From Octopus sinensis (Eukaryota): a stretch of DNA of 64,000 bases. Both the position numbers and the translations under genes were made by a program. The number at the start of each line of letters is the position of its first letter. Positions within the stretch are counted from its first letter, which is position 1. The notes beneath the pieces were generated by a model. The model was not told the origin of the DNA, made no database searches, and worked only from the letters and a program-made list of their open reading frames with translations. Location: NCBI RefSeq assembly GCF_006345805.1, contig NC_043001.1, positions 29,140,001 through 29,204,000 of the forward strand. Reading direction: 5' to 3'. Shown one piece after another: positions 11,436 through 25,279 of this stretch.

Positions 11436-12169
11436 GGTGGTGAAGATGTGTTGGGACATACCCTCAGGGTATAGTGAAAGATGAATATAGATGAAGTGAT
11501 ACAAAGGATTGGATTGGATGAGTGGGCTGAAGAGGTAGAGTGGGGAGTTTCACAATAATGTGAGAATGGATGGTTAGAGACAGGATAGAGGTGGCTGTAG
11601 CAAGTTATGGTGACAGAAATAAGGGTGACTAGTGGAGTGAGGGTGTTATGGTGGATATGAGGATGTTGACTGATAGCAGATAAGAGTTGTTAAAGATGGA
11701 GTGTAGCAGATGAGAGTGAATAATGACTGAAAGTATAGAAAGGAGGTGATTGGTGGAAACAGTGGGTAGGGGAAGCTAAGAAGAAATGGGGGTGGTCTTG
11801 GGGGATGAAAGTGACCAAGGAGAGGGGATGTAGTATGTATCTATTCTGCTCTCAGATGATTACAGCAGCTGAGTAGTACCATAGATAGGGAAGTGATGAG
11901 AGTTAGGGATGAAATGTAGGTGAAATGTTTGAAGCCAAACCCAGCACATTACTAAGTATTACTAAGGTGGTTTTAGGATATAATTTCTGCAGCTGTGGTG
12001 GGTGGGTTATTCTTGAGCACAAGACACCAGGATATGTTTCAAATTTTGCATTCTGATTTTTAAAAATATTTCTGAAATTTTACCTCAGTGATTTGGCAAT
12101 AGGGATGGAGATGGGGCTGAATACTACATTTTTTGCTTTAGCTTTTATTTTTGTTTTATAAATAATGTG

Positions 12170-12660
12170 CAGGAGTGGCTGTGTGGTAAGTAGCTTGTTT
12201 ACCAACCACATGGTTCTGGTTTCAGTCCCACTGTGTTGCACCTTGGGCAAATGCCTTTTACTATAGCGTTGAGCTCTACTAAAGCCTTGTGAGTGGATTT
12301 GGTAGACGGAAAGTTAAAGAAGTCCATTATACATACATACATACATACATATGTGTGTGTGTGTGTGTGTATATGTATCAAATGAAATAAAATGAAAAAC
12401 AGGACACAAAGGATGTTGCGGTACACATGTTAATTGTACCTATATATATATATATACATATATGTGAGTATATGTTTGCCCCCCCCCCATCGTTTGACAA
12501 CTGATGCTGGTGTGTTTATGTCCCCTTAACTTAGTGGTTTGGCAAAAGAGACTGATAGAATAAGTACTAGGCTTACAAAGAATGTGTCCTGGGGTCGATT
12601 TGCTCGACTAAAGGCAATGCTCCAGCATGGCCACAGTCTGAAACAAATAAAAAAATAAAA
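12170..12660 (+). mobile_element. CORE-type tRNA SINE, full length
   Basis: Head GGAGTGGCTGTGTGGTAAG…GTTTCAGTCCC, CORE-like GCACCTTGGGCAAATG, internal microsatellite, family tail. Confidence 0.85.
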
Positions 12661-14001
12661 GAGCAAGTAAATAATTTTCATAAATTTGTTAATGAATGAA
12701 TGAAAGGATGAAGGAATGAATCCTTTGATTGGATTCAGTGATTTTTTTCCTTTTTATTAGTTTTTGTCAAGGTACTGTGATAATGTTAAGTTGCTGCTAT
12801 TAACACATCAGCTTCCTAAATAATGTAGTAAAGGTTTTTACCGTGGATTTTAGTCACAATGAAATACCTTATATCATATCAACCTCAGTACATTTTTTAA
12901 AGTCTGATTCTTATGTTGTTGAAATTTCTTTATTCAATCACTAAGTTATAGGGCCCTTAATGAACACAACATAAATAACACCTGTTATCAGTCCAGCATA
13001 AACATAGACACAGACAAACATATATTCATGACATACATACATACATACATACATACATACATACATACATACATACATACATACATACATACACACATTA
13101 CATACCTTCATTCTTTCATTCACTCACTCATTCATTCATTCATTCATTCATTCATTCACTTATTTATTTATTCATTTATTTATTGATCCTGGTGTTAGGA
13201 AGGGCATCCAGCTCTAGAAACTTTGCCAGATCAAGATTGGAGCCTGATGCAGCCATCTGGTTCGCACATTTCTCAGTCAAATCGTCCAACCCATGCTAGC
13301 ATGGAAAGCGGACGTTAATCGATGCTGATGATGATGATTGATTGATTGATTCATCCATTCATTAGAAACTAACTCCTTTCCTACAGGAAGATTTCAAGTG
13401 ATTAGAAACAGAAGAAAACACCCACCCACACACACCTGTACATACATACATGTGTGTATGTATATATATGTATGAAGGATTTCCGTAAAATTTTTATCTA
13501 TCAAATTCCATTCACAAAATATTGATCAATCCATGGTTATAGTAAAAAGTATTTGCATCAGGTGCCTCAGATTTGGATTGAACACAGAACCAAGAGATTA
13601 CAAAGTGAACTTTGTAAACACATTATCATACCTGCGTTTGTAGACATAAACAAATTTGTAACACATTTTCATTTCAGCTGACGTTTTAAAATCCAGTTTT
13701 ATCTGTTTTGTTTCCCTTAGTAGAATGTTTCACTTTTTGACATACATTTCAAAATAATAATTGAATATATTACAGCTTACATTATTTTCAAGGTATCAAC
13801 ACTCATCCAAACTATTATCATTTATCAATTAAAAAAAAAAAATTGTTCTTATCACAACCAAAGTCCCATGCTAGAGTAACCTTGTCAAAACTTCTCTTAT
13901 GCAACAACACACACACAAAAAAATGTAAATTAATAGCATAAAGTTCATTTATACCATGTTGGTACATCACGACCACACACGAACTATAAAACTTTTCAAA
14001 G

Positions 14002-14061
14002 ATGACATTAGAATCTACCACAAGTATCACTGAAGGACCAGCTACTAATTTTCAATCTAAG
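14002..14061 (+). CDS. Candidate 60-nt host exon (MTLESTTSITEGPATNFQSK)
   Basis: TTTTCAAAG| acceptor and AAG|GTAATG donor; phase 0-0; S/T-rich like the exon at 26015. Confidence 0.3.
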
Positions 14062-14753
14062 GTAATGTGTTATTTATAATTCTAATAGTAGAGGTATGGT
14101 TAAATCGTTAGTTATTGTTTGTTGTATACATATAAAAAATAATTATCAGAGCAATAGATTTCCATTCTACAGTAGAAGCTTTGATCTGTTTTTTTTTTCC
14201 AGCTCTTGAAAATAATACAGAAGTCTCAATTTGCAGAAGCATACATAGAAAAACTAACATAAAATATTATACTCACACATACATACACACACACACACAC
14301 ATATATATATACACACATACATTTATGTACTTATATATGTCATCATCATCATCATCGTCATCATCATCACCATAATCATATTAACATCCATGTTCTATAT
14401 TGGCATAAGTTACATGGTTTGACTGGATCCAATGGATCCAAGGACTGCATTGCTCCCTGCTGGTTTCTCTGGTATGGGTTTCAACAACTGGATACCCTTC
14501 CTAATGCCATCCCCTTTATAGCATGAATTGGATTCTTCTTTTTTCATGCCACCAGCACTCATGAGATCAGTGTGGTGTACAGCTTACAAAGCTATGGAAC
14601 TCATGAGAGGTAGTTTAATGCTTAGAGATGAGGGGTTAAATAGTGCGAGATGAAGCCAGAGAAGAACAGGTTTCTTACTTAGATGAGCCACAAGGTTTCT
14701 CACAGTTTAGAAGAGAAGTCAGCATGTAACTCTGTCTGTGTGTGTGTCTGAGA

Positions 14754-14801
<48 letters not shown>

Positions 14802-14805
14802 AATG

Positions 14806-15047
14806 AGCCCTTTTAAAGCCTAGCCAGGCTCATGGGCCTAGTTTCCCAGTTTCTATGGCATATGTGTTCCCCAGTTGGACGGGACACCAGTCCATCGCAG
14901 CATCACTCATTTTTGCCAGCTGAGTGGACTGGAGCAACATGAAATGAAGTGTTTTGCTCAAGAACATAACGCATCGTCCGATCCAGGAATCGAAACCACA
15001 ATCTTACGATCATGGTGCTGACACCCTAACCACTAAGTCACATGCCT
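14806..15047 (-). mobile_element. tRNA-derived SINE (third family)
   Basis: Minus-strand head GAGGCATGTGACTTAGTGGTTAGG…GGTTTCGATTCC. A plus-strand homolog lies at ~16322-16562. Confidence 0.8.
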
Positions 15048-15086
15048 CAAGACACAAAACACACACGCACACACACACACACACAT

Positions 15087-15127
<41 letters not shown>

Positions 15128-15145
15128 GATATATATTCAATTGTC

Positions 15146-15502
15146 AATGTGACTAATGATGCCGAAACACCTATATTGCTAGAAATAAGAGTTGAAATAC
15201 TCTTGATGGTGTAAGAGGAGCACAACGGTACAAACACATATTGACAGGGGAGGTAACCGCCCAGTGACTAACTCAAGGTCCCAAGACTGGATCTAGTTTT
15301 GCCTGTACTGTGGACATCATCAGTGAGGACTGCTTGAATGGCTCATGATTGGCTAATTTCACCTGTCAGTATATATGTAGTTACCACAAAAATTTATGGA
15401 TGATTTGGTGTGTATACATTTGTGCTCCTCTTACAGCATTAAGAGTGTTTTAACTCTTATTTCTAGCAATGTAGGTGCCTCGGCATTCTTAGTTACACTT
15501 AG
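15146..15502. mobile_element. MITE with ~95-bp imperfect TIRs
   Basis: …GCCGAAACACCTATATTGCTAGAAATAAGAGTT…AAGAGGAGCACAA pairs with TTGTGCTCCTCTT…AACTCTTATTTCTAGCAATGTAGGTGCCTCGGC. Confidence 0.8.
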
Positions 15503-15929
15503 TGATGACTGGCTTTTTCCTTCATCGTATCACATTCTACCTAGATGTTTATATTAATTTTCAGTATACATATATATATGTGTGTATATATATATTTTGT
15601 TTTTGGATTTGGTTTGCATTGCAAGATTCTTTATGTGAGTTCGTGTGTTGAAGCATATTCTGTTGTGTCTGGGGAGAGTAATTTTCTTTTTGTGTCAAGA
15701 CTATTGAAAAGGTTGCAAGAAGCAACAAAAATTTTAAGAAAATAAAAATAAGAAATAAGTGGAAATTTTACCGGTGAGTGTGTTAAATTATAAGGCACAA
15801 AAAGTAAATTGACTCTCCCTAGACACAATAGTATATATATATATATATATATAATATATGTATATATTGTCTCAATCTATGGAAAGCGGATATTGAACAA
15901 GGATGATGATGATGAAGATATATATCAAT

Positions 15930-16280
15930 CATTAGCTTGCTTACCAACCACATGGTTCCAGTTTCAGTCCCACTGAGTGGCACCTTGGGCTAGTGTCTTC
16001 TATGATAGCTTCACGCCAACCAAAGCCTTGTGAGTGGATTTGGTAGATGGAAACTGAAAGAAGCCCGTCGTATATATGTGTGTGTGTTTGTCCCCCCAGT
16101 ATCGCTTGACAACCGATGCTGGTGTGTTTACGTCCCTGTAACTTAGCAGTTCGGCAACAGAGACTGATAAAATAAGTACTAGGCTTACAAAGAATAAGTC
16201 CTGGGGTTGATATGCTCGACTAAAGGCGGTGCTCCAGCATGGCCACAGTCAAATGACTGAAACAAGTAAAAGAGTAGAAG
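15930..16280 (+). mobile_element. CORE-type SINE
   Basis: Family body and tail GGCGGTGCTCCAGCATGGCCACAGTCAAATGACTGAAACAAGTAAAAGAG. Confidence 0.85.
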
Positions 16281-16865
16281 AGAGTATATATGTTTGTGTG
16301 TGTGTGTGTGTTTGTGTGAGTGGAGGCATGTGGGTTAGTGGTTAGGATGTTGGACTCATGGTTGTAAGATTGTGGTTTCAATTCTTAGACCAGGCAATGC
16401 ATTGTATTCTTGAGCAAAACACTTCATTTCACATTGCTCCAGTCCACTCAGCTCTCAAAAATGAGTAATCCTGCAACAGATCGGCATCCCATCCAGGTGG
16501 GGAATATATACGCCATGGAAGCCAAGAAACTGGCCCTTATGAGCCTGGCATGGCTTGAGAAGGAAACATGATATGTGTGTGTGTGTGTGTGGGGTATGTA
16601 TGTGTATATATATCTGTATATATATGTATACAACACAAATAAATAGGGACAGTAAATTCCTGGCGAATATGTTTTTGAGCACTCTATAGTAACACAACTG
16701 GACTAACTGGATCAATCAGTGATTATTGCTGTGAACCATATGGACCATATAGTCCATAAAATTACATTTGTACTCCTGTTTGATTAGTAGCTCCAAAGTT
16801 CACTTGCAAAGATTTCAGGGTATAGTATAAAATGCAAAGAAAAATTGAGAATTATGTATTTTTAC

Positions 16866-17285
16866 TCTTTTACTTGTTTCAGTCATTTGACTGCGGCCAT
16901 GCTGGAGCAGTGCCTTTAGTTGAGCAAATCAACCCCAGGACGTATTCTTTAGAAGCCTAGAATTTATTCTATCGGTCTCTTTTGCTGAACCACTAAGTTA
17001 CGGGGACGTAAACACACCAGCATCGGTTGTCAAGTGATGTTGGGGGGACAAACATAGACACACAAATACACACACACACACACACACACACACGTATATA
17101 TATATATATTATATATATATATATACATATATATGATGGGCTTCTTTCAGTTTCTGTCTACCAAATCCACTCAGAAGGCTTTGGTTGGCCCGAGGCTATA
17201 GTGGAAGACACTTGCCCAAGGTGCCACCCAATGGGAATGAACCCGGAACCATGTGGCTGGTAAGCAAGCTACTTACCACACAGCC
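16866..17285 (-). mobile_element. CORE-type SINE
   Basis: Reverse complement of the family consensus seen at 19016. Confidence 0.85.
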
Positions 17286-17659
17286 ACATAATCCATAATT
17301 TGTTTACACACATTTCAGATGAGCAAGTGTTATGTACTACAATGATGTGTCAATTTTGCACATTATTTGATTCATGTTGAATTGACTCTGTTATTACACA
17401 GGGCTGGAAAATCAACACTAGCACATCTTCCTTAGAGCTATCATACAGCAAAGGGTATAGAACGAAGAACCACCAGGATATTGTAGTAAATTGCTCATTA
17501 TTATTTGAAGCCAGAAATGGGTGAGGGGATCTCTTTTATCTCTTGAAGAAAATATCTCTTTTGCATCTTACTTTTTTAGTCTCTTAAACATACTGCATTT
17601 TGTGGAATTATTTCAAGCCAGCCGGCTTTTTTGCACAAATTGCACGTGCATTTTTCTCG

Positions 17660-18225
17660 TGTTTATGGCACAAACAGAAGTCCGGATGGCCCCTGTGCAA
17701 GGACAATCCAAACACAGACAGGGGCAAAGAGTGACCAGTAGAATGGAAATATTGCGAGACGGGTGACATTGCTGAGTTGGATGTCTCGGAGGTGTTCCAC
17801 GAACTGGTCAGCCAAGCAGTGTCCCATTTGCCCGATGTATAGAGAAGGGCAGAGAGAGCAGGAGATGCAGTAGATGACATTGGTAGAAGTGCAGGTGAAG
17901 GAGTTGGTGATATGATATGGTCGATGATGGGTGCCGGTGAGGAGGATGGTGTTGGAGAGGCATGGGCAAGTGCGACAGCATGGGCGGGAACAGGGAAATG
18001 AGCTGGGTTGGGAGGTTGGGTTAGGGAAGAAGCTGTGGACCAAGTGGTCTGGTAGGTTGTGGGTTCATTTGAAAGAGAGGAGGGGTCGGTTAGGGAAGAT
18101 GTGTGAAGTGAAGGGGTCAGACTGGAGTTGCTGGAAAACTCGGAGAATGGTGCGTTGGAGAGGTGGGGTGGTAGGTGAGGGGGAAATGGGAGACGGGAGA
18201 TGGTGGGGTGGGTATTTATCTGTGT
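17660..18225 (-). mobile_element. Penelope-like element fragment (GIY-YIG endonuclease)
   Basis: ORF 17663-18043: ITNSFTCTSTNVIYCISCSLCPSLYIGQMGHCLADQFVEHLRDI, the IY…YIG…EH pattern of PLE GIY-YIG domains. Confidence 0.8.
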
Positions 18226-19015
18226 GTGTATGTGTATACACACATATATACAGGAAATTGGAAATTTTCTGGTATTATTTGTTTACCATTACACATGTTC
18301 CATTTGCCAATAGGAATAACAAAGTTTTAAATGTTAGATAGACATGCAAGGAATTTCCTACTCAAAATTCTTCAGGCAAAGAAATAATATAATATGATGA
18401 CATGATATAATACAGCTGAGATTTACCCTAACAAATTACATATGTGTGTGTGTGTACATGTGTGTGTGTGTGCATGTACGTATATATATGTATACACACA
18501 CACATACACACACGTATGTGTGTATGTATGTATTCATGTATGTATGTATGTATTCATGCATGTATGTATGTATATCATCATTGTTTAACATCTGGTCTCC
18601 ATGCGCATACACATTCATGTATAAATATATAGGTATGTGTGTGTGTGTGTGTGTGCGTACATGCGTGTCTGTGTCTGTGTGCACATGCATATGTGTGTGT
18701 GTGTATGTGTGTTTGCATGGACTTTTTTCTTGACATCACATGTCAAACTAAATATTACCATCATACAAGGGATATTGTTGATTATCAGTCTTCCATGAAA
18801 AACATGCCTGGACAAAGAGAAATATTATCTTGCTTGTGAGAGCAACCTCAGGCATGTAGACTGAGGAAGGAAATAGGCTAAAAAGCCAGTCTTACTTTTT
18901 CATTGTCTATCAATGGCTTGCAATCGTACCTTCTAAAGTACACTGCAAGTGTTATACCCTTTTCTGGGCCATAGCTAAATTCTGTTATAGGGTTCAATAT
19001 GCAATCTGGCGAAAA

Positions 19016-19410
19016 CAGGAGTGGCTGTGTGGTAAGTAGCTTGCTAACCAGCCACATGGTTCCGGGTTCAGTCCCACTGCGTGGCATCTTGGGCAAGTGT
19101 CTTCTGCTATAGCCCGGGCTGACCAATGCCTTGCGAGTGGATTTGGTAGACAGAAACTGAAAGAAGCCAGTCATATATATGTATATTTATATATATATGT
19201 ATGTGTGTGTGTCTGTGTTTGTCCCCCTAGCATTGCTTGACAACCGATGCTGGTGTGTTTATGTCCCTGTTACTTAGCAGTTCAGCTAAAGAGACCGATA
19301 GAATAAGTACTGGGCTTACAAAAAGAATAAGTCCCGGGGTCGAGTTGCTCGACTAAAGGTGGTACTCCAGCATGGCCGCAGTCAAATGACTGAAACAAGT
19401 AAAAGAGTAA
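19016..19410 (+). mobile_element. CORE-type SINE, full length
   Basis: tRNA head, GTGGCATCTTGGGCAAGTGTCTT core, microsatellite, family tail. Confidence 0.85.
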
Positions 19411-19586
19411 AGAGCATAGTGTTTCCAGACTTCTTAAGACATACATCCATTAATTGTTGTTGTTTTTCTTGTTGCTGCAGTAGTTGTTTCTGCAACTACT
19501 TTTGCTGTTCTTACTGCTGCTGTTTTTGCAACCTTGTTATAGAAACTAATAGGTCTTCCATCATTAACAATATTGTAACACAAAAA

Positions 19587-22500
19587 TGTGTTAACTGAGC
19601 TACATGAGCTTTGAATCCTCGTCACAATATTACTGAATCACTAATTGCTGTGATGATGCTTTCTTTACATTATAACCATGTAGTAACAATAAACATATAA
19701 CAAAGCAGGGTAACAACAATGTGACAATCCAACAACCTCTCCACGAACTATACATGAACCAACAAACAATATTCCAGCAAACTACCAAAATGACACCTTA
19801 CGTTATACGCAGCAGTTGGCTCTATTGAAGCCTAATAGAAAGGTACCATTTGCTGTGATAAAGCAGGTAGAGGAAGAATTAGACAGACTGGAGAAGATGG
19901 GGAATATTCAAAAAGTAGATTATTCTAAGTGGACAGCACCAACTGTGTGTATTACAAAAGAAATAACAAAATCAGGGTGTGTGCCAATTTTCATACTGGT
20001 TTGAATAACTCTAAAAATGTGCCACTATCCACTGCCTACTCTGAAGGATATTTTTGCAAAATTAAATGGTGGCAAAATATTTTTGAAACTAGGTCTGTCT
20101 GATGTGTATCTACAAATTAAAGTAGACAAGGAATGCTCAAACTTCTAACAGTGAATATGCACAGAGGACTATACAAATATAATAGATTGCCATTTGGTCT
20201 GAAAGTCACACCTGCAATATTTCAACAGGTTATGGGTGCAATGTTGGCAGTCTCAATTTGCTGTTCAATACCTCGATGATGTATTAATTAAAAGTGAATC
20301 GCATGATCAGCATATCGAATATGTGAAGTGTACTTTTCAAAAAATAAGAGATAACAGTTTCACATTCAGTTAGGAGAAATATAAATTCTTTTTGCCTAAA
20401 TCATAGATAAAAATGGAAGATGACCTGACCTGTCGAGACGCAATTAAAAATATGCCTGCCCCAACTAACATAGTGACATTACAAGCTTTTCTTGGCCTAT
20501 TACCAAAATTACATACCAAACATGTATGAATTGAGAGCTCCACTTAATAATTTGCTACAGAAAGACGCCAAATGGAATTGATCAAATAACTTTTAAAAGG
20601 CATTTCAGGATATTAAAAAAAATATTAGTTTCGGATTTGTCGCTGGCTCATTTCAATCTTGCAGTGGAGATTGTAGCATCTGAGCTTCTGAATATGATGT
20701 AGGAACAGTTTTGCTACACAAATATAAAGGCGTTAATATGAAGGCAGTGGTTCATGCCTCACATGCTCTGATAGCAGCAGAAAAACACTACAGTCAGCCA
20801 GAGAAAGAAGCTCTAGCAATTATTTTTGCTGTGAAGAAATTTCACTGATTTCTCCACAGTTTTCTCCACAGGTTTTGGCTTCAGACGGACCACCAACCAT
20901 TACTATCAATTTTCAGATTGAAGAAAGGAATTTCTACCCATACAGCTAACAGATTACAATGCTGGGGTACAATATTGTTAAATTACAACTTTAAAATGGA
21001 AAACATTCCTTCTAAGAAAATTGGCCATGCAGATTGTTTATCTAGGCTAATTCCAAAGAATGTAGAACTGTTGGAAGATATGTAATAGCTGCATTATAAT
21101 CAGAAAAGGAAATTAAAAACATTATTTGTAATGTCATTCAGGAGTTTCCAGTGACTGTACAAGATATAAAAAGTAAATCAGCTGAGGACAAATACATCAT
21201 AAAAATGAAGGAGACCTTGAAAAATAAATGAAAGAGAAACTCGAATGCGAACCATTTTTCACTCTGCGACAAAGTATTTTTGTACGCACAAAGAGTGGTA
21301 GTGCCAACTGCACCTCAGAAATGGGTGTTACATGAATTTCATAGTGGCCATCCGAGGATGTCAAGAATGAAAGCTTTGATGAGGAGTTACATGTATTGGC
21401 TGACAATGGACCAAGACATTGAACATTTGGTAAAATCATGTAGAGGTTATGTACTAGCAGTCAAGGCACCACCAGTAAAATACCAGTCATGATCTGAGAT
21501 GGATAGTCCGTAGTCCAGGGTACATATAGACTACACAGGACCAGTGTATCACATGTACTATTTGATCATTGTTCATAGCTTTACCAAGTAACCAGACGTA
21601 TGTAGGTGCAGTCAATCTACTTCGAAGGCAACAGTAAAGTTCTTGCACAAATGTTTTGCTCAATACGGTGTTCCAGACACCATAGTGTCAGGCAATGGAA
21701 CACAATTTACTGGATACGAGTTCAAGAAATTCTGCAGAATGCATGCTGTCAAGCACATGTTTACCTCATCCTACCAGCTGAGGTCAAATGGGCAAGCAGA
21801 ATGATTCATAGATACTTTCAAATGAGTGCTAAAAACACCAAGGAATGAGTTAGGAAATGACAAAGTGCTAACTAAATCCTTAAGGGTATACAGAATAATG
21901 ACCAATCTGAATACCAGTTCAGGCAAGTTGCTTGCAGAGCTGATGTTCGCTCAAAAGAATAAACCAATATTGTTGCCAAAGGAAAAAGCGTATAAAGAAA
22001 TTTTTAAAAATCCAACTAAACATTTTGATGTTAAAGACAAAGTCCATTTCAAAGTATACAAGAACAGTAAAGAGAGTTGGCAGGATGGTGTAGTGACTAA
22101 ATGAATTGGAAACATGATGTATTTAATAAAAGGCCAACGACGGGAACATAAATGAAACCTAAATCAATTAAAAATTAGACTTATAGAAGAAAGGAAGAAA
22201 ATTCCAATGGAAGTGTTTTATGACATGTTTGATATGCTAGCACCAAAAGAGATTGAGCCTAGAAGGTGTAGTAGCACATAAACAGACTGAACATTTAGAA
22301 ATAATTCCTAAGTGGAAAAGGTACTGAACTCCCTAGGGAAGCAACATTTCAGAAAGGAAGAGGTGTTGGAAAGAAAGAAAAAAAAAATTTAATAATAAAA
22401 TAAGTTTCGTTTCCTATGGAAGTTGAAATCTCAAAAGAGAGATGTTGTAGTGAGAGTCACAACAGCCCCTGCAAGAATAGACTTGACCAAATGACTATAA

Positions 22501-22786
22501 ATAGTAGCAGTCTGAGTGAGACAGAGTAGGCGTTAATCACGAGAAGTCATAAGGTATTGTTTTGGTAGTATGTCAGAATGTCATTTGTTGGTTCATGTAC
22601 AGTTTGTGGAGAATTTATTCAATTGTTATATTGTTGTTACCCTCCTTCGTTATACATTAATTGTTACTACATGGTTATAGTGTAAAAAAAACAATTGGGG
22701 ATACATTACTGGTTTAGTGAATGTTTGTGTTTGCAAACAGGAAAAAATGTAATCAGTATATATCTGTTGTTCACTTTAACACAACA
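19587..22786 (+). mobile_element. Decayed Ty3/Gypsy LTR retrotransposon (RT-RNaseH-integrase, PPT, 3' LTR 22443-22786)
   Basis: RT start VPFAVIKQVEEELDRLEKMG; RNase H region; integrase HHCC-like (EFHSGHPRMSRMKALMRSYMYW…VKSC) and core remnants; purine tract AAAAGAGAGA before TGTTGT…ACAACA. Many stops and frameshifts. An inverted LTR piece occupies 19587-19802. Confidence 0.9.
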
Positions 22787-23379
22787 CCTGATTCTTGGGT
22801 TCCTTTAACTGAGCCCATTCTGTGGTAAGCATTAAGGCCAGGTCTCTGGTCACAAGATAACTTACTGCATCTTTACTCCCAGTTAGGAGAGCACTGCTGT
22901 CATCTGACTTAGCAAAGTAAAATGGTAGGATTTGAGAGTGATTTGGTTACTATTTCTTTCAGTTCCATACAGTTACCATCTTGTTGTTGTTATTGTTTAA
23001 ATCCAGGCCAGCCTTGATCTGCTATGAAAGGTGATTGATCCAAGACTCTGCTGTTCTTTTCAGGATATCCATCGTATCCTTTCTTTTTTCAATTTGAGAG
23101 CATGTGATTTAAAATGAATTAAACTGCTATTTCTAGCAAATTGAGCAAACATACAGAGGCTCACTTGATGGCCTGAAGTCATCTTACTGAAACAGGTGGA
23201 AAGGTGGGGAGGTGACATTTGAAATGAAATGTCTGATTGCTGATGCAAACTCAAAGGTTTGTCCTGCTTTGTTGACATGGTAATTTCAAGCATTTCAAAC
23301 ACTGGTTATCCTGTCTCATTGTTCTTGTTATCTAAGAGTTATTATTAGAATTGTTGTCACCTAGATAATTGGCTTCAAT

Positions 23380-23750
23380 CTTCACAGAGTCATCTCCTCT
23401 TCATTCTATTTCTCCTTCCCCTCATGTTTACAATTCACTACAATTTGTGAATGGGTCAACTTTCAACATGTGCTTGTACCCTCTTTCTTTAACATCCCTT
23501 TATTTTCAATGTCCTTAATAGCAAATATGACACTGTCATTCAGCACACACTTTTTTTCTACAATGTCTCAATTCTCTCTAGTAATCTGCCTTGCAGTCTC
23601 CAACACCTCATACCTCTGATCTTCATGTTAAAGAGCATTGATAAATCTCTTACTTTCTGCATCTTGTCTTGTTAAGTATAGCTTTCTTCCAGCTGCTTGG
23701 TATAGTTCTCTGCTGCCTCCTTTCATCTAGCCTGTTTTAGCTTTTATGGC
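23380..23750 (-). mobile_element. Old RTE LINE internal fragment
   Basis: Minus translation GGSRELYQA…EDQRYEVLETARQI resembles the EN-RT linker of the RTE at 40600-40780. Confidence 0.6.
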
Positions 23751-23764
23751 TCTCTCTACAATAT

Positions 23765-24215
23765 ATATCATCATCATCATCATCATCATCACCATCATTG
23801 TTTAACATCCGTTTTCCATGCTAGCATGGGTTGGACAGTTCGACCAGGGTCTGGGAAGCCAGGAGGCTGTACCAGGCTCCAGTCTGATCTAGCAATGTTT
23901 CTACAGCTGGATGCCTTTCCTAATGCTGACTACTCCGTGAGTGTAGTGGGTGCTTTTTATGTATCACCAGTACAGAAGCCAGTCAAGGCGGCGCTGACAT
24001 CGGCTACATTTGGATGGTGCTTTTTACGTGCCACCGGCACGGGTATCACAACTACAATTTCCATTTGATTTTGATTTTGATATTGATGTACTTGACTCAA
24101 TAGGTCTCCTCAAGCACGGCAGGTCGCCCTACGATCCAGGGTAAGCACAGCAGGCCATCCTGCAATCCAAGGTACTTTGAATGGGCTGGAGCTGATTATA
24201 TGAAACTGGTGTAGG
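23765..24215 (-). mobile_element. 5'-truncated RTE 3' UTR/tail
   Basis: (GAT)n tail, GGAAAGGCATCCAGC motif, GTGCCGGTGGCAC subrepeat, (AAAATC)n spacer as at 1660-1692. Confidence 0.8.
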
Positions 24216-24231
24216 CTATATATATATATAT

Positions 24232-24959
24232 AGAAATTCGGGGTGAGCACTTGATAATTACAACACATTAAGTCCCCAGACGCCCCTGTTGGTTCTACAA
24301 CTGGATTTTGTCATTTTCCTGACCACCATGTTTGGTCCGTAACCACTATACACCCCTTATCCTTATATATTTTTTTATTATTTTTATTCCTATTTTTATT
24401 CCTATTTTTATTTTTTTGCCTTTATTTTTATTTCTATTTCTATTTTTACTTTATAACTTGATACCCTTATATTCATTTACAGTTTTTTATATTCTTTATA
24501 CCCCCTTATATCTCCTTATATCTCTTTATATCTTTATACTCTACACTTTTACATTTTTCTATACTTACACTTTTTATATATTTTTTTATCCTTCGTCCTG
24601 AATTCTCGCCCCTCCATCTTTACCCCTATTTACTCTTATCACCAGGTCCCTTCACGTCTATATATGTATTTATTTGTTAATTTATTTACATTACTTCAAC
24701 ATCTAAATTCCCTCATTCTACATTGAAAGAAGAACGAGATGGACGCTTCAATTCTATGCTGCTGCCGCATTATGTCGTATGCGAATGAGAGGATTTGCAT
24801 CCCCAACCAAGAATTTTTGATGTAACACATGTCCTTGTGGAAGTTGTTGTGCGCGGCTGAAGAAGGCCACAGACATACATTATGCATTGTTATAAATCTG
24901 TCTAATAAAGGCCCGAAACATATGTACCGCTGAATCCTTGGCATCATGTTTTTATTTTG

Positions 24960-24960
<1 letters not shown>
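24232..24960 (+). mobile_element. PLE-like terminal repeat fragment between TA microsatellites
   Basis: Pyrimidine-rich body, hammerhead motif ~30 nt before the 3' end, TA runs on both sides. No ORF. Confidence 0.5.
24853..24930 (+). ncRNA. Type I hammerhead ribozyme motif
   Basis: Helix I GCGG(24853-56)/CCGC(24927-30); CUGAAGA 24857-63; helix II AGGCC/GGCCC (A·C mismatch at the closing pair); GAAA 24915-18; palindromic helix III ACAUAUGU 24918-25; GUA triplet 24924-26. Confidence 0.75.
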
Positions 24961-25034
<74 letters not shown>

Positions 25035-25279
25035 CTTTTCTACTCACTGTCATAGATTGTTTTTTATGTTTTTATTTTAATTTTCTATTAAACAAATATT
25101 AATTCCATTTGGTTGATTTTGATTGAGATCTTCCACTGCTTCTTCTAGATTTTGCCAAGAATAAACAACTCTCCTATTTTTACTCAAGAGGTTTAAATAT
25201 ACAAATTAAAGAATGCATGGAAAGACTATAAAGCTGTTTTCAGTGTGATGTAGCAGAAACCAACCTCTTTTTTTTCTCT

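Noticed and set aside
11256-11940. Purine-rich stretch resembling PLE-type sequence
   Set aside because: No diagnostic protein or RNA motif found; left unclassified.
15290-15335. Minus-strand CTGATGA inside a MITE
   Set aside because: No GAAA and no pairing helix I.
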